Below are positions 26,449 to 36,591 of a stretch of 64,000 bases of DNA, piece after piece. Where the stretch lies: assembly GCA_965261005.1 (NCBI GenBank), contig OZ253375.1:544001-608000 (forward strand), given 5' to 3'. Below the pieces are notes generated by a model. It did no database searches and was not told the origin of the DNA. It was given only the letters and a program-made list of their open reading frames with translations. Every line of letters begins with the position of its first letter. Positions within the stretch are counted from its first letter, which is position 1. Origin of the DNA: Deinococcus sp. (GTDB taxonomy: Bacteria; Deinococcota; Deinococci; Deinococcales; Deinococcaceae). The position numbers and the translations under genes are program-made.

Positions 26449-26793
26449 TTATTCGTCCAGTTCGGCCAGAAGTGCTTGTACCGCCTCTTCGAGCGGCCCT
26501 ACCTCGTTTTGCACTACGTCCCACAAAATACGGTCGTCGGTATTGAAGTAGGCGTGGACCAACACGTCGCGCATGCCAGCCATCAACCGCCAAGGCACCT
26601 CCGGGCGGCGTTCGCGAAGTTCCGGGGGCAGGTGCTTGGCCGCCTCACCGATCACCAAGATGTTGCGAATGACGGCGTGAACGACCAGCGGCGTTTCTCG
26701 AAAGGTTGCGTACTCCATACCCTGCGTGTGCTGCCGAATAAACGCCGCCGCGTCCCCGATGTCTTGCAGGTACAAACGCGCCCTACGCGACAC
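26449..26793 (-). CDS. hepT: HEPN (DUF86/HepT-like) RNase toxin
   Basis: IGEAAK and RDVLVHAY (RX4HXY); GTG start inferred, overlaps the MNT gene. Confidence 0.85.
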   Translation of the reverse strand: MSRRARLYLQDIGDAAAFIRQHTQGMEYATFRETPLVVHAVIRNILVIGEAAKHLPPELRERRPEVPWRLMAGMRDVLVHAYFNTDDRILWDVVQNEVGPLEEAVQALLAELDE

Positions 26794-27070
26794 GCCGTAG
26801 GCCTTTCCGAACTTCATCCTGCAACGCCATCTTGAGGCTTCCCTCTGTGGCGAGGTCCACCGGCCGGGCGAGCCACGCCTCCAAGGCCAGCTTCAAGCCC
26901 ATAAAGGCGCGGAAGGTGTACGCCTCGAACTCGACCAGAAAATCAACGTCGCTGTTTGGGCCGGCGTCGCCGCGCCCCACCGAGCCGAACACGTACAGCC
27001 TACGCACGCCCAGCGCGTCCAGCTCCGGACGGTGCTGCGCCAGAATGGTTCGCACGTCGTCCGCCCGCAT
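26783..27070 (-). CDS. mntA: Minimal nucleotidyltransferase antitoxin (MntA-like)
   Basis: [16 protein letters not shown] (GSX10DXD) and VDL; leaderless TAGACT-7-ATG. Confidence 0.88.
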   Translation of the reverse strand: MRADDVRTILAQHRPELDALGVRRLYVFGSVGRGDAGPNSDVDFLVEFEAYTFRAFMGLKLALEAWLARPVDLATEGSLKMALQDEVRKGLRRVA

Positions 27071-27080
27071 AGGGCACAGT

Positions 27081-28418
27081 CTACAGCCGTACCCTGCGCC
27101 AGCGGCCCGAGTAAAAGCGCAGCGCGTAGGAGAGTGACGCGAAAAAGATGTAAACCAGCGCGGCCAGCCAAGCGCCGGTCACGCCGTAGCGCGGCGCCAG
27201 GTAGCCGGCGCCCAGGACCATCACCAGCCAAGCGCCGCCCAGGGTCACGGCCAGCCGGAAGCGGGTGTCGCCCGCGCCGCCCAGCGCGCCGCCCAGCACG
27301 ATGCCCACACCGTCGAGCAACTGAAAGGCGGCCATCACCGCCAGAATGGCCGTGCCGACGCGCAGCACGCCCTCGTCGCGGTTGAACAGGCCGATCAAGC
27401 CGTGCGGCACGGTCAAAAAAAGAAGGCTCAGGACGCCCATCAAGGCGGCGGCCAGGGCCGCGCCGCGCCAGCCGACCCGCGCCGCCACGTCGGGCAAACC
27501 GGCCCCCAGGGCGCGCGACAGCAAGCTGCCGGTGGCCGCCGCGAGGGCGAAGGCAGGTAGAAAGCCCAAGCTGGCGAGCTGGTTGGCGATCTGCGAGGCT
27601 GCCAGCTCGGTCGCGCCCAGGCGCGAGATGACGCCCTGAAAGGCTGTAAAGGCGCTGACCTCGGCCAGCTCGGTCACGCCGGCCGGCAGGCCCACCCGCG
27701 CGAAGCTGCGCAGCTCGGCCCTGCGCGGGCGCGCGAACCAAAAGCGGCCAAAGTCGGGGCCGTGCAGGCGGCGCAGCAGCACAAAGGCGAGGCCGTTTTG
27801 CACGCTGACCGCGATCAGGCTGGCCCAGGCGGCGCCCACCACGCCCCAACCAAAGCCGAACACGAAGGTGACGGCCAGCGCGGCGTTGAGCAGCATCACC
27901 AGCCAAGCCAGCAGCATGGGGGTGCGGGTGTTGCCCAGGCCCAACATGACGGCCAAGCTGGCGCTGCCCACCAACACCAGCGGCGCCTCGAAGATGCGGA
28001 CGTGGGCGTAGGCGCGCGCCACGTCCGCCACCGCCGGGGCCGGGCGCAGCAGCGCGAACAGGGCGTCCACCAGCCACGGCCCGCAGATAGCCAGCGGCAC
28101 GCCGACCAAGGACAGCCCCAAAAAGACGTTGGCCCAGCGCAGCACCCCGGCGCGGTCACCGCCGCCAAGCGAGCGCGCCACAAAGGTGGCGGCGCTGTTC
28201 AGGCCGCCGCGAAACAGCAGCAGCAGGGTCAGCACGCCGAGGCTCGCAAAACCCACCGCGCCCAACTGCACCACGCCGAGCCGCCCCATGATCAGGGTGT
28301 CGGTGAAGCCCACGGCGGTGTAGGCAAGGTTGGAAAACATCAGCGGCCAAGCCAGCTTAAACAGCTCGCGGGTGCTGCCCTGCGGGGCGGAAGAAGCCTG
28401 CACGCCGCACGCTAGCAC
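27081..28418 (-). CDS. MATE family efflux transporter
   Basis: LAWP...DTLIMGRLG, GNTRTP and GAGDT motifs; about 12 TM; exact start uncertain. Confidence 0.9.
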   Translation of the reverse strand: MLACGVQASSAPQGSTRELFKLAWPLMFSNLAYTAVGFTDTLIMGRLGVVQLGAVGFASLGVLTLLLLFRGGLNSAATFVARSLGGGDRAGVLRWANVFLGLSLVGVPLAICGPWLVDALFALLRPAPAVADVARAYAHVRIFEAPLVLVGSASLAVMLGLGNTRTPMLLAWLVMLLNAALAVTFVFGFGWGVVGAAWASLIAVSVQNGLAFVLLRRLHGPDFGRFWFARPRRAELRSFARVGLPAGVTELAEVSAFTAFQGVISRLGATELAASQIANQLASLGFLPAFALAAATGSLLSRALGAGLPDVAARVGWRGAALAAALMGVLSLLFLTVPHGLIGLFNRDEGVLRVGTAILAVMAAFQLLDGVGIVLGGALGGAGDTRFRLAVTLGGAWLVMVLGAGYLAPRYGVTGAWLAALVYIFFASLSYALRFYSGRWRRVRL

Positions 28419-28446
28419 GCCCTGTTTTCAGCTCACCGCCGTTCAC

Positions 28447-29538
28447 TCACTGCTTCTTCTGGGCCTGGTCCAGGTAGTAGGCGCTCGCCTTGTCGCTCGG
28501 GTCAAGGGTGACGGCCTGTTGGTAAGCCAGGGCAGCGCCGGCGTAGTTTCCCTGCTCGTAGCGGGCGCGGCCCAGCCAGGCCCAAGCCTTTTGGTAATAG
28601 CCGTTGGCCGCCGTGGCCGCCGCGAAGCCCCGCTCGGCGGCGGCCTTGTCGCCACCCGTATAGCTGGCGTAGGCGGCCCGAAAGGCTTTGACGGCGTCCG
28701 CGCCGTAGGTGTCGAGTTCGCGGGCGTAGGCCAAGTTGTACTGGTCGGCGGCCGTGAAGCCGGGCTGCCCCGCGATGGCCTCAAAAGCCCCACGCGCGAC
28801 GCCGCTCTGACCGTTTTGCAGCGCGAAGCGGCCCACGAAGCGCTGCGCCTCGGCGAAGTTGGGCGCCAGCTGGGCCGCCCGCTGAAAGTCGGTGTAGGCC
28901 GTGGCGTTGTCGCCGGCCTCAAAGGCGCGGTAGCCGCTGGTAAAGGCGGCGGTGGCCGCCTGACCGTAGGTGCTGGCCCGCTTGGACACGTTCAGAAAGT
29001 ACTGGCTGGTCTTGTCGGCCGGGTCGTACTGCACCGCCAAGCCGTACAGCCCGGCCGCCTTGCCGGGGTTGCCGCTCTCCAGCTCCACCCGGCCGGCCCA
29101 AGCGGCGCAGCGCGCGTCGTTCGCGTAGGTCAGGCAGGTGGCAAAGGCCCCGCGCGCCGCGTCCAGCTGACCCTGTTTGTAGGCCGCGAAGCCCAGGTTG
29201 TACTGCGTCTCGGCGGCCCCCTGTTTCGCCTCCGGGGACGTGCCGCCCGCTTGAAAATAGGCGTTCCAGGCGCTCTCGGCGCGTGCCCAGAAACCGACCT
29301 CGCTGTAGATGCGGGCGCGCAAGAGGAGGGCGTTCTGGTCCGTTGGCGCCGCCTGGACAGCTTGCTCGGCCGCCTTGGCCGCCTGGCCCCAGAGAATCTG
29401 GTCTATGTTCCAGCTGTTTTTGGGATAGGCATTCCTAGCCTGCTGCTCCAGGGCGCTGGCTTGCTGCACGGCCCCCTGCGCGAGGGCGGGGGCGGCGAGG
29501 GCGAGGCTGAGAAGGGGGGCGATGGTGGTGCGAATCAT
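28447..29538 (-). CDS. Secreted tetratricopeptide repeat protein
   Basis: Signal peptide, repeated A...Y...A...P TPR helices; GGAGGA SD. Confidence 0.85.
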   Translation of the reverse strand: MIRTTIAPLLSLALAAPALAQGAVQQASALEQQARNAYPKNSWNIDQILWGQAAKAAEQAVQAAPTDQNALLLRARIYSEVGFWARAESAWNAYFQAGGTSPEAKQGAAETQYNLGFAAYKQGQLDAARGAFATCLTYANDARCAAWAGRVELESGNPGKAAGLYGLAVQYDPADKTSQYFLNVSKRASTYGQAATAAFTSGYRAFEAGDNATAYTDFQRAAQLAPNFAEAQRFVGRFALQNGQSGVARGAFEAIAGQPGFTAADQYNLAYARELDTYGADAVKAFRAAYASYTGGDKAAAERGFAAATAANGYYQKAWAWLGRARYEQGNYAGAALAYQQAVTLDPSDKASAYYLDQAQKKQ

Positions 29539-29631
29539 GGGTTCCTCCTGCTTTTTTTAGACAAGCACGCCGGCATGAAGAGATGCTCGATATGGCCGGC
29601 CGGTCGTTGAAGCGCCCCTAGAATAAGCGCC

Positions 29632-30516
29632 ATGCCGCGCCACGCTTTGGGCCTCACGCTGCTGATCGCGGTCACGGCCATCTGGGGCAGCACCTTCGCG
29701 GTGGTCAAGACCGCCACCGAGACGTTGTCTCCCAGCGCGCTGGTCGCGTGGCGCTTCACGCTGGGGACGGCGGCGCTGCTGCCGCTGCTGGGGGTGGGGC
29801 GGGGCCGCTTCAGACCGAACAGCGCTTTTTGGCGCGACAGCCTGATCCTTGGGCTGTGGTTGGTGGCCGGCTACGCCACCCAGACGCTGGCCCTGGGGGT
29901 GACCAGCGCCAACCGCGCCGCCTTTTTGACCGGCTTGAGCGTCGTGATGGTGCCGCTGTGGCTGGCCCTGACCGGAAACCAGAAACCGGGAATCAGGCTG
30001 TGGGGCGCGGTCCTGCTGGCCGCCCTCGGCATCGCGCTCTTGTCTTGGGAAGGGGGGGCGCCGAACGTCGGGGACGCTTGGGCCTTTGCGTGCGCCTTGT
30101 GCTACGCCGGTTACATCCTGGCGCTGGAGGGGGCGGCGCGGCGCTGGCCGCCGCTGCCCTTCACGTGGGCGCAGGTATTGGTCGTGGCGCTGTTGGCCTG
30201 GGTGTGGGCCGCCTTCAGCGGCGCGGCCAGCCTGCCCCCTTCGGGCAGCTGGGGCGCCCTCCTCTACCTGGGCCTGGCCGCCACCGCCGTCACCACCCTG
30301 CTGCAAACGCTGGGGCAGCGCCTCGTGAGCGCCACCGAGGCCGCCGTGCTGTACGCCCTGGAGCCGGTGACCGCCAGCGCGTTCTCGTTCGCCCTGCTGG
30401 GCGAGGTCGTGGGCCGGCGCGGTCTGCTGGGGGGCGCCTTGGTGGTCGCGGCGATGGTCCTCAGCCAGTGGCCGGGGCGGGCGCAGGCGGCCAAGGGGCG
30501 CGGGCTGGCGGAGTAG
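29632..30516 (+). CDS. DMT/EamA family transporter
   Basis: IWGSTF, AAFLTG and LEPV motifs; about 10 TM. Confidence 0.9.
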   Translation: MPRHALGLTLLIAVTAIWGSTFAVVKTATETLSPSALVAWRFTLGTAALLPLLGVGRGRFRPNSAFWRDSLILGLWLVAGYATQTLALGVTSANRAAFLTGLSVVMVPLWLALTGNQKPGIRLWGAVLLAALGIALLSWEGGAPNVGDAWAFACALCYAGYILALEGAARRWPPLPFTWAQVLVVALLAWVWAAFSGAASLPPSGSWGALLYLGLAATAVTTLLQTLGQRLVSATEAAVLYALEPVTASAFSFALLGEVVGRRGLLGGALVVAAMVLSQWPGRAQAAKGRGLAE

Positions 30517-30518
30517 GA

Positions 30519-31604
30519 TCAGCGGCCCAAACCGGTCTGCTGAATCTCCACGAAGTCGATGGCGCCCCCTTGCGCGCCGGGGGCGGCGCTGATGGTCAGC
30601 AGGCTGGGGCTGCCCAGAAAGCCGCCGACCTGCACCGTGCGCACGGCGCCCTCGGCCCAGCGGCCACCGGAGACTGCTTTGCGGTTGATCACGGCGCGCG
30701 GGCCGCCCTCCCCCGTCACGTTCAGCTGGTACACGCCGCCCGCCGCGCCGGGGTCGCCGGCCACCACGCGCACGTCGTACTGCCCAGTGGGCAGCTCGAT
30801 CTGCCAACTGTTGTCCGGCCCGATCAGCGCCAGCGTGTTGTAGCGGACGTCGGCGCCGGATGCATAAGCGCGGACGCCCGCGGTGTTGTCGCTCTTCCAA
30901 CCGTACTTGAGGCCGCCCCGGTTGCCGAAAACCGCGCCGCCGTCCGCCAGGTAGCCGGCGGGGGCGGGCACGCCGGCGGGCTGAAAGTTGATCTTGACGC
31001 TCAGCAGCTGCTGAACGTCAATCCAGTTGAGGGCGCCCCCCACGGTCGCCGGGCCGCCGCGTACCGTCAGCCGGCCGTCCGTCACCCGCACGGTGGCGGA
31101 GCGGACGCTGGGCGGGCCGCCGGTCCCCACGGCGCCGGTGTCCTGACCTTCGAGCAGCACGTCGGAGACGCCGCCCGCGCCCCGAGCAGCGCCGAGAAAC
31201 TGTACCCGGTAGAGGCCGTTCGGCACGGCGATCTGCCATGCGTTGCCCGGCTCCAAAAGGGCCGAGGTGTCCCCCTCCTGTGCAGACGCCTCTTGCAGGG
31301 ATGCGCCCGGCGCGGCGCGCATGCCGGCGGTGTTGTCGCGCGCCCAGCCGTAGCTGTAGGTCAGGCCGCCTTGGCGCTGCGGGCCGTACGGCCGGCCCAC
31401 GTCGGCCAACTTGTGAAGGTCGGTCAGGTAGCCGCTGGGCAGCAACGACTGGCCGGGCTGAAAGTTCACCCGCGCGTGAAACAGCTCGCCGGGGGCGGTG
31501 GCGTTGGGCGCGGGGGCGGGTTGGGCCGCGCCAGTCGCCGTGGCGCCAACGCCCAAGGCGGCGAGCAGCAGCGCGCGGGCAACATTTAAGCGAAGAGGCG
31601 TCAT
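30519..31604 (-). CDS. Secreted protein with two tandem beta-sandwich (carbohydrate-binding-like) domains
   Basis: Signal peptide; duplicated (V/I)NFQP...GYL.D...YGW..DNTAG.R...WQI..P.G.Y.V unit. Confidence 0.7.
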   Translation of the reverse strand: MTPLRLNVARALLLAALGVGATATGAAQPAPAPNATAPGELFHARVNFQPGQSLLPSGYLTDLHKLADVGRPYGPQRQGGLTYSYGWARDNTAGMRAAPGASLQEASAQEGDTSALLEPGNAWQIAVPNGLYRVQFLGAARGAGGVSDVLLEGQDTGAVGTGGPPSVRSATVRVTDGRLTVRGGPATVGGALNWIDVQQLLSVKINFQPAGVPAPAGYLADGGAVFGNRGGLKYGWKSDNTAGVRAYASGADVRYNTLALIGPDNSWQIELPTGQYDVRVVAGDPGAAGGVYQLNVTGEGGPRAVINRKAVSGGRWAEGAVRTVQVGGFLGSPSLLTISAAPGAQGGAIDFVEIQQTGLGR

Positions 31605-31670
31605 GCCGCACTGTACCGAACGAAGCTGACGCCATTCCGAAGACTTGCAGCAGGCACACCGGGGTGGAAG

Positions 31671-33467
31671 CTAACCCGCCTGTCCGTGGGCCTCGGACGA
31701 GTCCAGCCGCGGTGGGGCCAGCGTGATAATGGTCGTGCCGCTGGGCAAATCCGGCACCTCCTCCGGCGTGACCTCGAACACGCCCCCGTCGCCGTGCAGC
31801 AGCACGCGGGCGCCGGGGTTGTCGGCCCGGTAGCGCGAAAGCGGGTACTGGTCGGTGACGGTGGTGCGCCGCACCGTTTGGCCGCCCTCGTACTGCTTTA
31901 CGAGGTCGGCGTAGGTGGGATTGCCCTCAAAGGCAATTTTGGCGCGGCGGTCGCGGCCCATCCGGTTGCGCTCGTTCGCGCGGGCGGGCCGCAGCTGATA
32001 CACGCCGGGATGGCCGAAGACCTTGGCGTACCGCAGGGCCGTCAGGGCGTTGGCCTCATCGTTGGGCGTCAGGGCGATCAGGCGCCCGACGCCGCTGAGG
32101 TTCAGCTCCTCGTCGCTGCGCTCACTGACCAAGCTGCCGTAGTAAGCGTTGAGGCCGCGCAGCTTGGCGGTCTGCACGTTGTCGAAGTTGGTGTCGCCCA
32201 ACACGACGTTGACGCCCTCCTCTTGAAGCGCGCTGGCGAGGTCGCGCGCCAGCGGGTGCGCGCCCAGCAGCAGGTAGCCGTACGGCTCGGGCTGCGCCAC
32301 CGAGAGCGCCCGCGCCACCGGGCGCGAGGTGAGGCTCGCCAGCACGCCGGTCCCAACGATCACCGTGAAGACCAGCGGCAGTAGGTCGCCGGCGCCCTCC
32401 ACCCCGGCCCGTTGCAACCTCAGCGCCAAAATGCTGCTGACGGCGGCGGCCACGATGCCCCTGGGGGCGGTCCAGGCCACAAAGGCGCGCTCGCGCCAAC
32501 TCAGGCGCCCGCCCAAGGTGCTCAGAAACACGCTGAGGGGCCGCACCAGCAGCACCAGCGCGACCAGCACCGCCAAGTTGCGCAGCTCCAGCGTGGCGGT
32601 GAGGGCGCCCCTCGGCACGTTCGCCGCCAGCACCACGAACAGCACGCTGATGAGGAGCACCACCAACTCCTCTTTGAAGGTGCGCAGCGTCTCGCCCCTG
32701 GGTACGCCCGCGTTGGCGACCACCACGCCCATCAAGGTGGTCGCCAGCAGGCCGCTTTCCTCGGCAAAGGCGTCGCTGACCCCGTAAGCGAGAAAGACCA
32801 GCGAGAGCGAGGTCACGTTGATCAGGTAGTCGGGGATGAATTCGCGCCGCAGCGCCCAGGCCAGCAACAGGCCGAAGGGGACGCCCACGGCGGCCCCGAC
32901 CAGCAGAAACCGGGTGAATTGCAGCAGCAGTTCGCCCGGCTCGCTTCTGAAGACGGCCTCGTAGGCCAGCAGCGCGGCCAACGCGCCCACGACGTCGATC
33001 AGGATGCCTTCCCACGTCAGCACCCGCTGCACGCCCTCGGTGACCCGCACCCCGCGCAGAAGCGGCCCGATCACGGTGGGGCCGGTGACCATCACCAGCG
33101 CGCCGAACAGCACCGCGACGTTCCACGGCATGCCGGTCAGCAGCGTGGCGGCGGCGGCGGCGAGGACCCAGGTCACGGCCGCCCCGATGGTCACCAAGCG
33201 GAAGACCGAGCCGCCCTGGCCGCGAATCTCCTTGAACCGCAGCGTCAAACCGCCCTCGAACAGGATCACGCCCACCGCGAGACCGACCAGCGGCGCGAGG
33301 CCGCCGCCAAACAGCTTGGCGGGATTGATCAGGCCGGTCAGCGGCCCTACCACGAAGCCGATGAGGAGCAGCGGCAGAATGGCCGGCAAACGGGTCTTGC
33401 TGGCGAGCAATTGCGCCGCGATGCCCAGGGCGATGATGACGGGAAGGGCTAAGGTGACGCTGTTCAC
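31671..33467 (-). CDS. Cation:proton antiporter (CPA1/NhaP-like) with C-terminal TrkA_N-like domain
   Basis: ILFEGG, TGPTVIGP, WEGILID and APRGIVAAA motifs; start inferred. Confidence 0.88.
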   Translation of the reverse strand: MNSVTLALPVIIALGIAAQLLASKTRLPAILPLLLIGFVVGPLTGLINPAKLFGGGLAPLVGLAVGVILFEGGLTLRFKEIRGQGGSVFRLVTIGAAVTWVLAAAAATLLTGMPWNVAVLFGALVMVTGPTVIGPLLRGVRVTEGVQRVLTWEGILIDVVGALAALLAYEAVFRSEPGELLLQFTRFLLVGAAVGVPFGLLLAWALRREFIPDYLINVTSLSLVFLAYGVSDAFAEESGLLATTLMGVVVANAGVPRGETLRTFKEELVVLLISVLFVVLAANVPRGALTATLELRNLAVLVALVLLVRPLSVFLSTLGGRLSWRERAFVAWTAPRGIVAAAVSSILALRLQRAGVEGAGDLLPLVFTVIVGTGVLASLTSRPVARALSVAQPEPYGYLLLGAHPLARDLASALQEEGVNVVLGDTNFDNVQTAKLRGLNAYYGSLVSERSDEELNLSGVGRLIALTPNDEANALTALRYAKVFGHPGVYQLRPARANERNRMGRDRRAKIAFEGNPTYADLVKQYEGGQTVRRTTVTDQYPLSRYRADNPGARVLLHGDGGVFEVTPEEVPDLPSGTTIITLAPPRLDSSEAHGQAG

Positions 33468-33559
33468 CGGGCCATTGTGGCGTTCGGCCGTCGGGGCGGG
33501 CGCGAACATGAAAAGAAGCCCAAGCGCAGTTCAGGGGCGGGGTAGGGAAAAATAGGCGT

Positions 33560-35221
33560 ATGTCCCCTGCCCCCCACATTTCCTCCTTGGCCGGCCAGCC
33601 CGCCCCGCCCGCGCAGCTCGTGGACGTGCCGCGCCTGCTTGAGGCTTACTTGGCCACCTTTCCGGACCCCGGCAAGCCGGCCCAGCGGGTCGCCTTTGGC
33701 ACCAGCGGGCACCGCGGCAGCAGCCTGGACGGCAGCTTCACCGACGCGCACATCGCCGCCATCAGCCAGGCGACGGCCGAACGGCGCGCGCGCGATGGCG
33801 TGAGCGGGCCACTGTACGTCGGGATGGACACCCACGCGCTGAGTGAGAGCGCCTGGGTCACGGCGGTGGAGGTGCTGGCCGCGAACGGCGTGCAGCTGCG
33901 CTACCAAACCGGGCGCGGCTACACGCCCACGCCCCTGGTATCGCACGCCATCCTGGCCCACAACCGGGATGGGGCGGGCAGGCAGGCCGACGGCGTCGTC
34001 ATCACGCCCAGCCACAACCCGCCGCAGGACGGCGGCTTCAAGTACAACCCCCCGACGGGCGGCCCCGCCGACACGGGCACGACCAAGTGGATTCAGGACC
34101 GCGCCAACGCGCTGCTGGAAGCCGGCCTCAGCGGCGTGCAGCGGGTCCAACTGGACAAAGCCCTCGACATGCCGAACGTTCAGGAATACGACTTCATCGC
34201 GCCCTATGTGCGCGATTTGCCGAACGTGGTGGACATTGAGGCCATCAAAGCGGGCGGGGTGCGGCTGGGGGTAGACCCGATGGGCGGGTCCAGCTTGCCG
34301 GTCTGGGAAGCGGTGCGCGACCTGCTCGGGGTTCCCTTGACGGTTGTGAACGCGCGGCTCGACCCCACCTTCGCCTTTGTGCCGCTCGATTGGGACGGCC
34401 AGATTCGCATGGACTGCTCCAGCCCCTACGCGATGGCGAACGTGCTGAAGGTGGCCGGCGACTACGACGTGGCGGTGGGCAACGACCCCGACGCCGACCG
34501 TCACGGGATCGTGACGGGGGCGGGCCTGATGAATCCGAACCACTACCTGGCCGTGTGTGTGGACTACCTGTTTCGCCACCGCCCGGAATGGGGACGGGAA
34601 GCGGGCGTCGGCAAGACGCTGGTCAGCAGCTCGTTGATTGACAAGGTGACGGCGGCCCTGGGACGCCAGTTGGTCGAGGTGCCGGTGGGCTTCAAGTACT
34701 TCGTGCCGGGGTTGCTGTCGGGCGCGCTCGGCTTCGGCGGCGAGGAAAGCGCCGGGGCCTCATTTCTGCGGCGCGGCGGCACGACCTGGACCACCGACAA
34801 GGACGGCCTGATTCTGGGCCTGCTGGCCGCCGAGATCACGGCGGTCACAGGCAAAACGCCGGACCTGCACTTCCGGGAATTGGAGGCGCGCTTCGGAAAG
34901 AGCTTTTACGCCCGCGTGGACGCCCCCGCCAGCGCCGCACAGAAAAAGGTGCTCGCTGGCCTCTCCCCCGAGCAGGTGAACGCCGCCGAGCTGGCCGGCG
35001 AACCCATCACCGCCAAGCTGACCCAGGCGCCCGGCGACGGTGAGCTTATCGGAGGTTTGAAGGTGACCACCGAACACGCCTGGTTCGCAGCGCGGCCCAG
35101 TGGCACGGAGGACGTCTACAAAATCTACGCCGAGAGCTTTGTGAGCGAGGATCACTTGACGCGGGTGCAGGACGCGGCGCGCGAGGTCGTGGGTCAGGCG
35201 TTTCAGGACGCCGGGCTGTAA
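33560..35221 (+). CDS. pgm: Phosphoglucomutase
   Basis: [27 protein letters not shown] and RPSGTE motifs. Confidence 0.96.
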   Translation: MSPAPHISSLAGQPAPPAQLVDVPRLLEAYLATFPDPGKPAQRVAFGTSGHRGSSLDGSFTDAHIAAISQATAERRARDGVSGPLYVGMDTHALSESAWVTAVEVLAANGVQLRYQTGRGYTPTPLVSHAILAHNRDGAGRQADGVVITPSHNPPQDGGFKYNPPTGGPADTGTTKWIQDRANALLEAGLSGVQRVQLDKALDMPNVQEYDFIAPYVRDLPNVVDIEAIKAGGVRLGVDPMGGSSLPVWEAVRDLLGVPLTVVNARLDPTFAFVPLDWDGQIRMDCSSPYAMANVLKVAGDYDVAVGNDPDADRHGIVTGAGLMNPNHYLAVCVDYLFRHRPEWGREAGVGKTLVSSSLIDKVTAALGRQLVEVPVGFKYFVPGLLSGALGFGGEESAGASFLRRGGTTWTTDKDGLILGLLAAEITAVTGKTPDLHFRELEARFGKSFYARVDAPASAAQKKVLAGLSPEQVNAAELAGEPITAKLTQAPGDGELIGGLKVTTEHAWFAARPSGTEDVYKIYAESFVSEDHLTRVQDAAREVVGQAFQDAGL

Positions 35222-35231
35222 AGGAGAAACC

Positions 35232-35411
35232 ATGCCCTACAAAAACATCTCGGATTTGCCGCAGTCGCAGGTGGACCAGTACAGCCACCATCAAAAGGAG
35301 GTGTTTCTGGCCGCCTTCAACAACGCCGAGCAGGAATACGGCGACGAACACCGGGCCTTTGCCGTCGCCCACGCCGCCGCCAAAAAGGCGGGCGACAAGC
35401 AGGAAAAATAG
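35232..35411 (+). CDS. ChaB family protein (59 aa, missed by ORF track)
   Basis: AAGGAG SD; MPYKNISDLPQSQVDQYSHHQKEVFLAAFNNAEQEYGDEHRAFAVAHAAAKK. Confidence 0.85.
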   Translation: MPYKNISDLPQSQVDQYSHHQKEVFLAAFNNAEQEYGDEHRAFAVAHAAAKKAGDKQEK

Positions 35412-35477
35412 GGCGTAAGAAACGTGAGAAAATACACGACCTCATGAAGGGCGGGCGCGGATGTGCTCGCATGGGAC

Positions 35478-36590
35478 ATGGCGCGATCCCACCTTTCCGT
35501 CCTGCTCGCCCTGTTGCTGCTCGGTTCTGCCGCCGCCGGACGCGACACCGTCACCGTGAAGCGCGGCGACACCCTGAGCAGCGTCGCGCGGGCGCACGGT
35601 ACCACGGTCCGTCACCTCAAGCGGCTGAACAACGTCAAGGCCGATCAACTGCTGGTCGGCCAGCAGCTGCGCCTCAACCCGCTGCCCGCCCCCAAGCTGG
35701 AGCCGGCCAAGCCCAGGGCCTACACACGGCCTCCTCCAATTGCCGCTCCCGCCGCGAGCGTGACGGTCAAGGCCGGCGACACCCTCAGCAAGCTGGCCCG
35801 GCAACACGGCACCAGCGTAGCGCGGTTGCGGCAGCTCAACGGCCTGAGGTCCAGCACCATCTTGGTGGGCCAGCGCCTGCTGGTCGGCGCGGCGCCGGCG
35901 CGCGGCGACAGCGTCCGCCTGCTGAGCGCCAAGGTGCTGGGCGTGCCGGTCAAGGTGATCGAGGTGGACTTGCGCGACCCAAACGTGCTGGTCACGCCGC
36001 TGCTACCCGTCCACGGGCTGGGAAGCGGTGAGGGATTTGACGCAATGGCGAGGCGCTCGGGGGCCACGGCCGTCATCAACGGCAGCTACTTTCACCCGCG
36101 CTCCTACGCGCCGGCGGGCGATCTGGTGGTCCACGGCAACTTCGTGTCTTTGGGCCGGGTACCCACGGCCGTCACCATCACGCCGGACAACTTGGCGGCC
36201 ATTCGCCCGGTCAACTTGTTCCGCACCGCCGCGTGGCGCGGCTTCGAGACGGTGGTCGCCAGCGGGCCGTACATTCTGCGCGCGGGCGCGGTGCAACGGG
36301 GCGCCGACTCGGCCTACCAAGACGGCGCCCTGTTTCGGCGGGCGGCGCGCAGCGCGGTGGGCCTGAAGGGTGGGCGCCACCTGATCTTTATGAGCACGCG
36401 GGCGCCGCTTACCACCTTGGAGGCCGCCAAGCTGATGCGCGCCCTCGGCGCCCAGGACGCGGTGCTGCTCGACGGCGGCTCCAGCACCGGCCTGGCGTGG
36501 CAAGGGCGCACCCTGATCCGGCCGGCCCGCAAGATCGCCTACGGCATCGCCATTTACGCCGACTACAAGGGAACGCGCTACACCCGCTGA
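35478..36590 (+). CDS. Secreted 2xLysM plus phosphodiester glycosidase (NAGPA-like) protein
   Basis: Two VK.GDTLS..A LysM domains; INGSYF, ARSAVG and LDGGSS motifs. Confidence 0.85.
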   Translation: MARSHLSVLLALLLLGSAAAGRDTVTVKRGDTLSSVARAHGTTVRHLKRLNNVKADQLLVGQQLRLNPLPAPKLEPAKPRAYTRPPPIAAPAASVTVKAGDTLSKLARQHGTSVARLRQLNGLRSSTILVGQRLLVGAAPARGDSVRLLSAKVLGVPVKVIEVDLRDPNVLVTPLLPVHGLGSGEGFDAMARRSGATAVINGSYFHPRSYAPAGDLVVHGNFVSLGRVPTAVTITPDNLAAIRPVNLFRTAAWRGFETVVASGPYILRAGAVQRGADSAYQDGALFRRAARSAVGLKGGRHLIFMSTRAPLTTLEAAKLMRALGAQDAVLLDGGSSTGLAWQGRTLIRPARKIAYGIAIYADYKGTRYTR

Positions 36591-36591
36591 T

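Noticed and set aside
29557..31589. Long Arg/Gly/Pro-rich alternative-frame ORFs (29557-30900, 29748-31589)
   Set aside because: Typical GC-rich off-frame ORFs overlapping better-supported genes.
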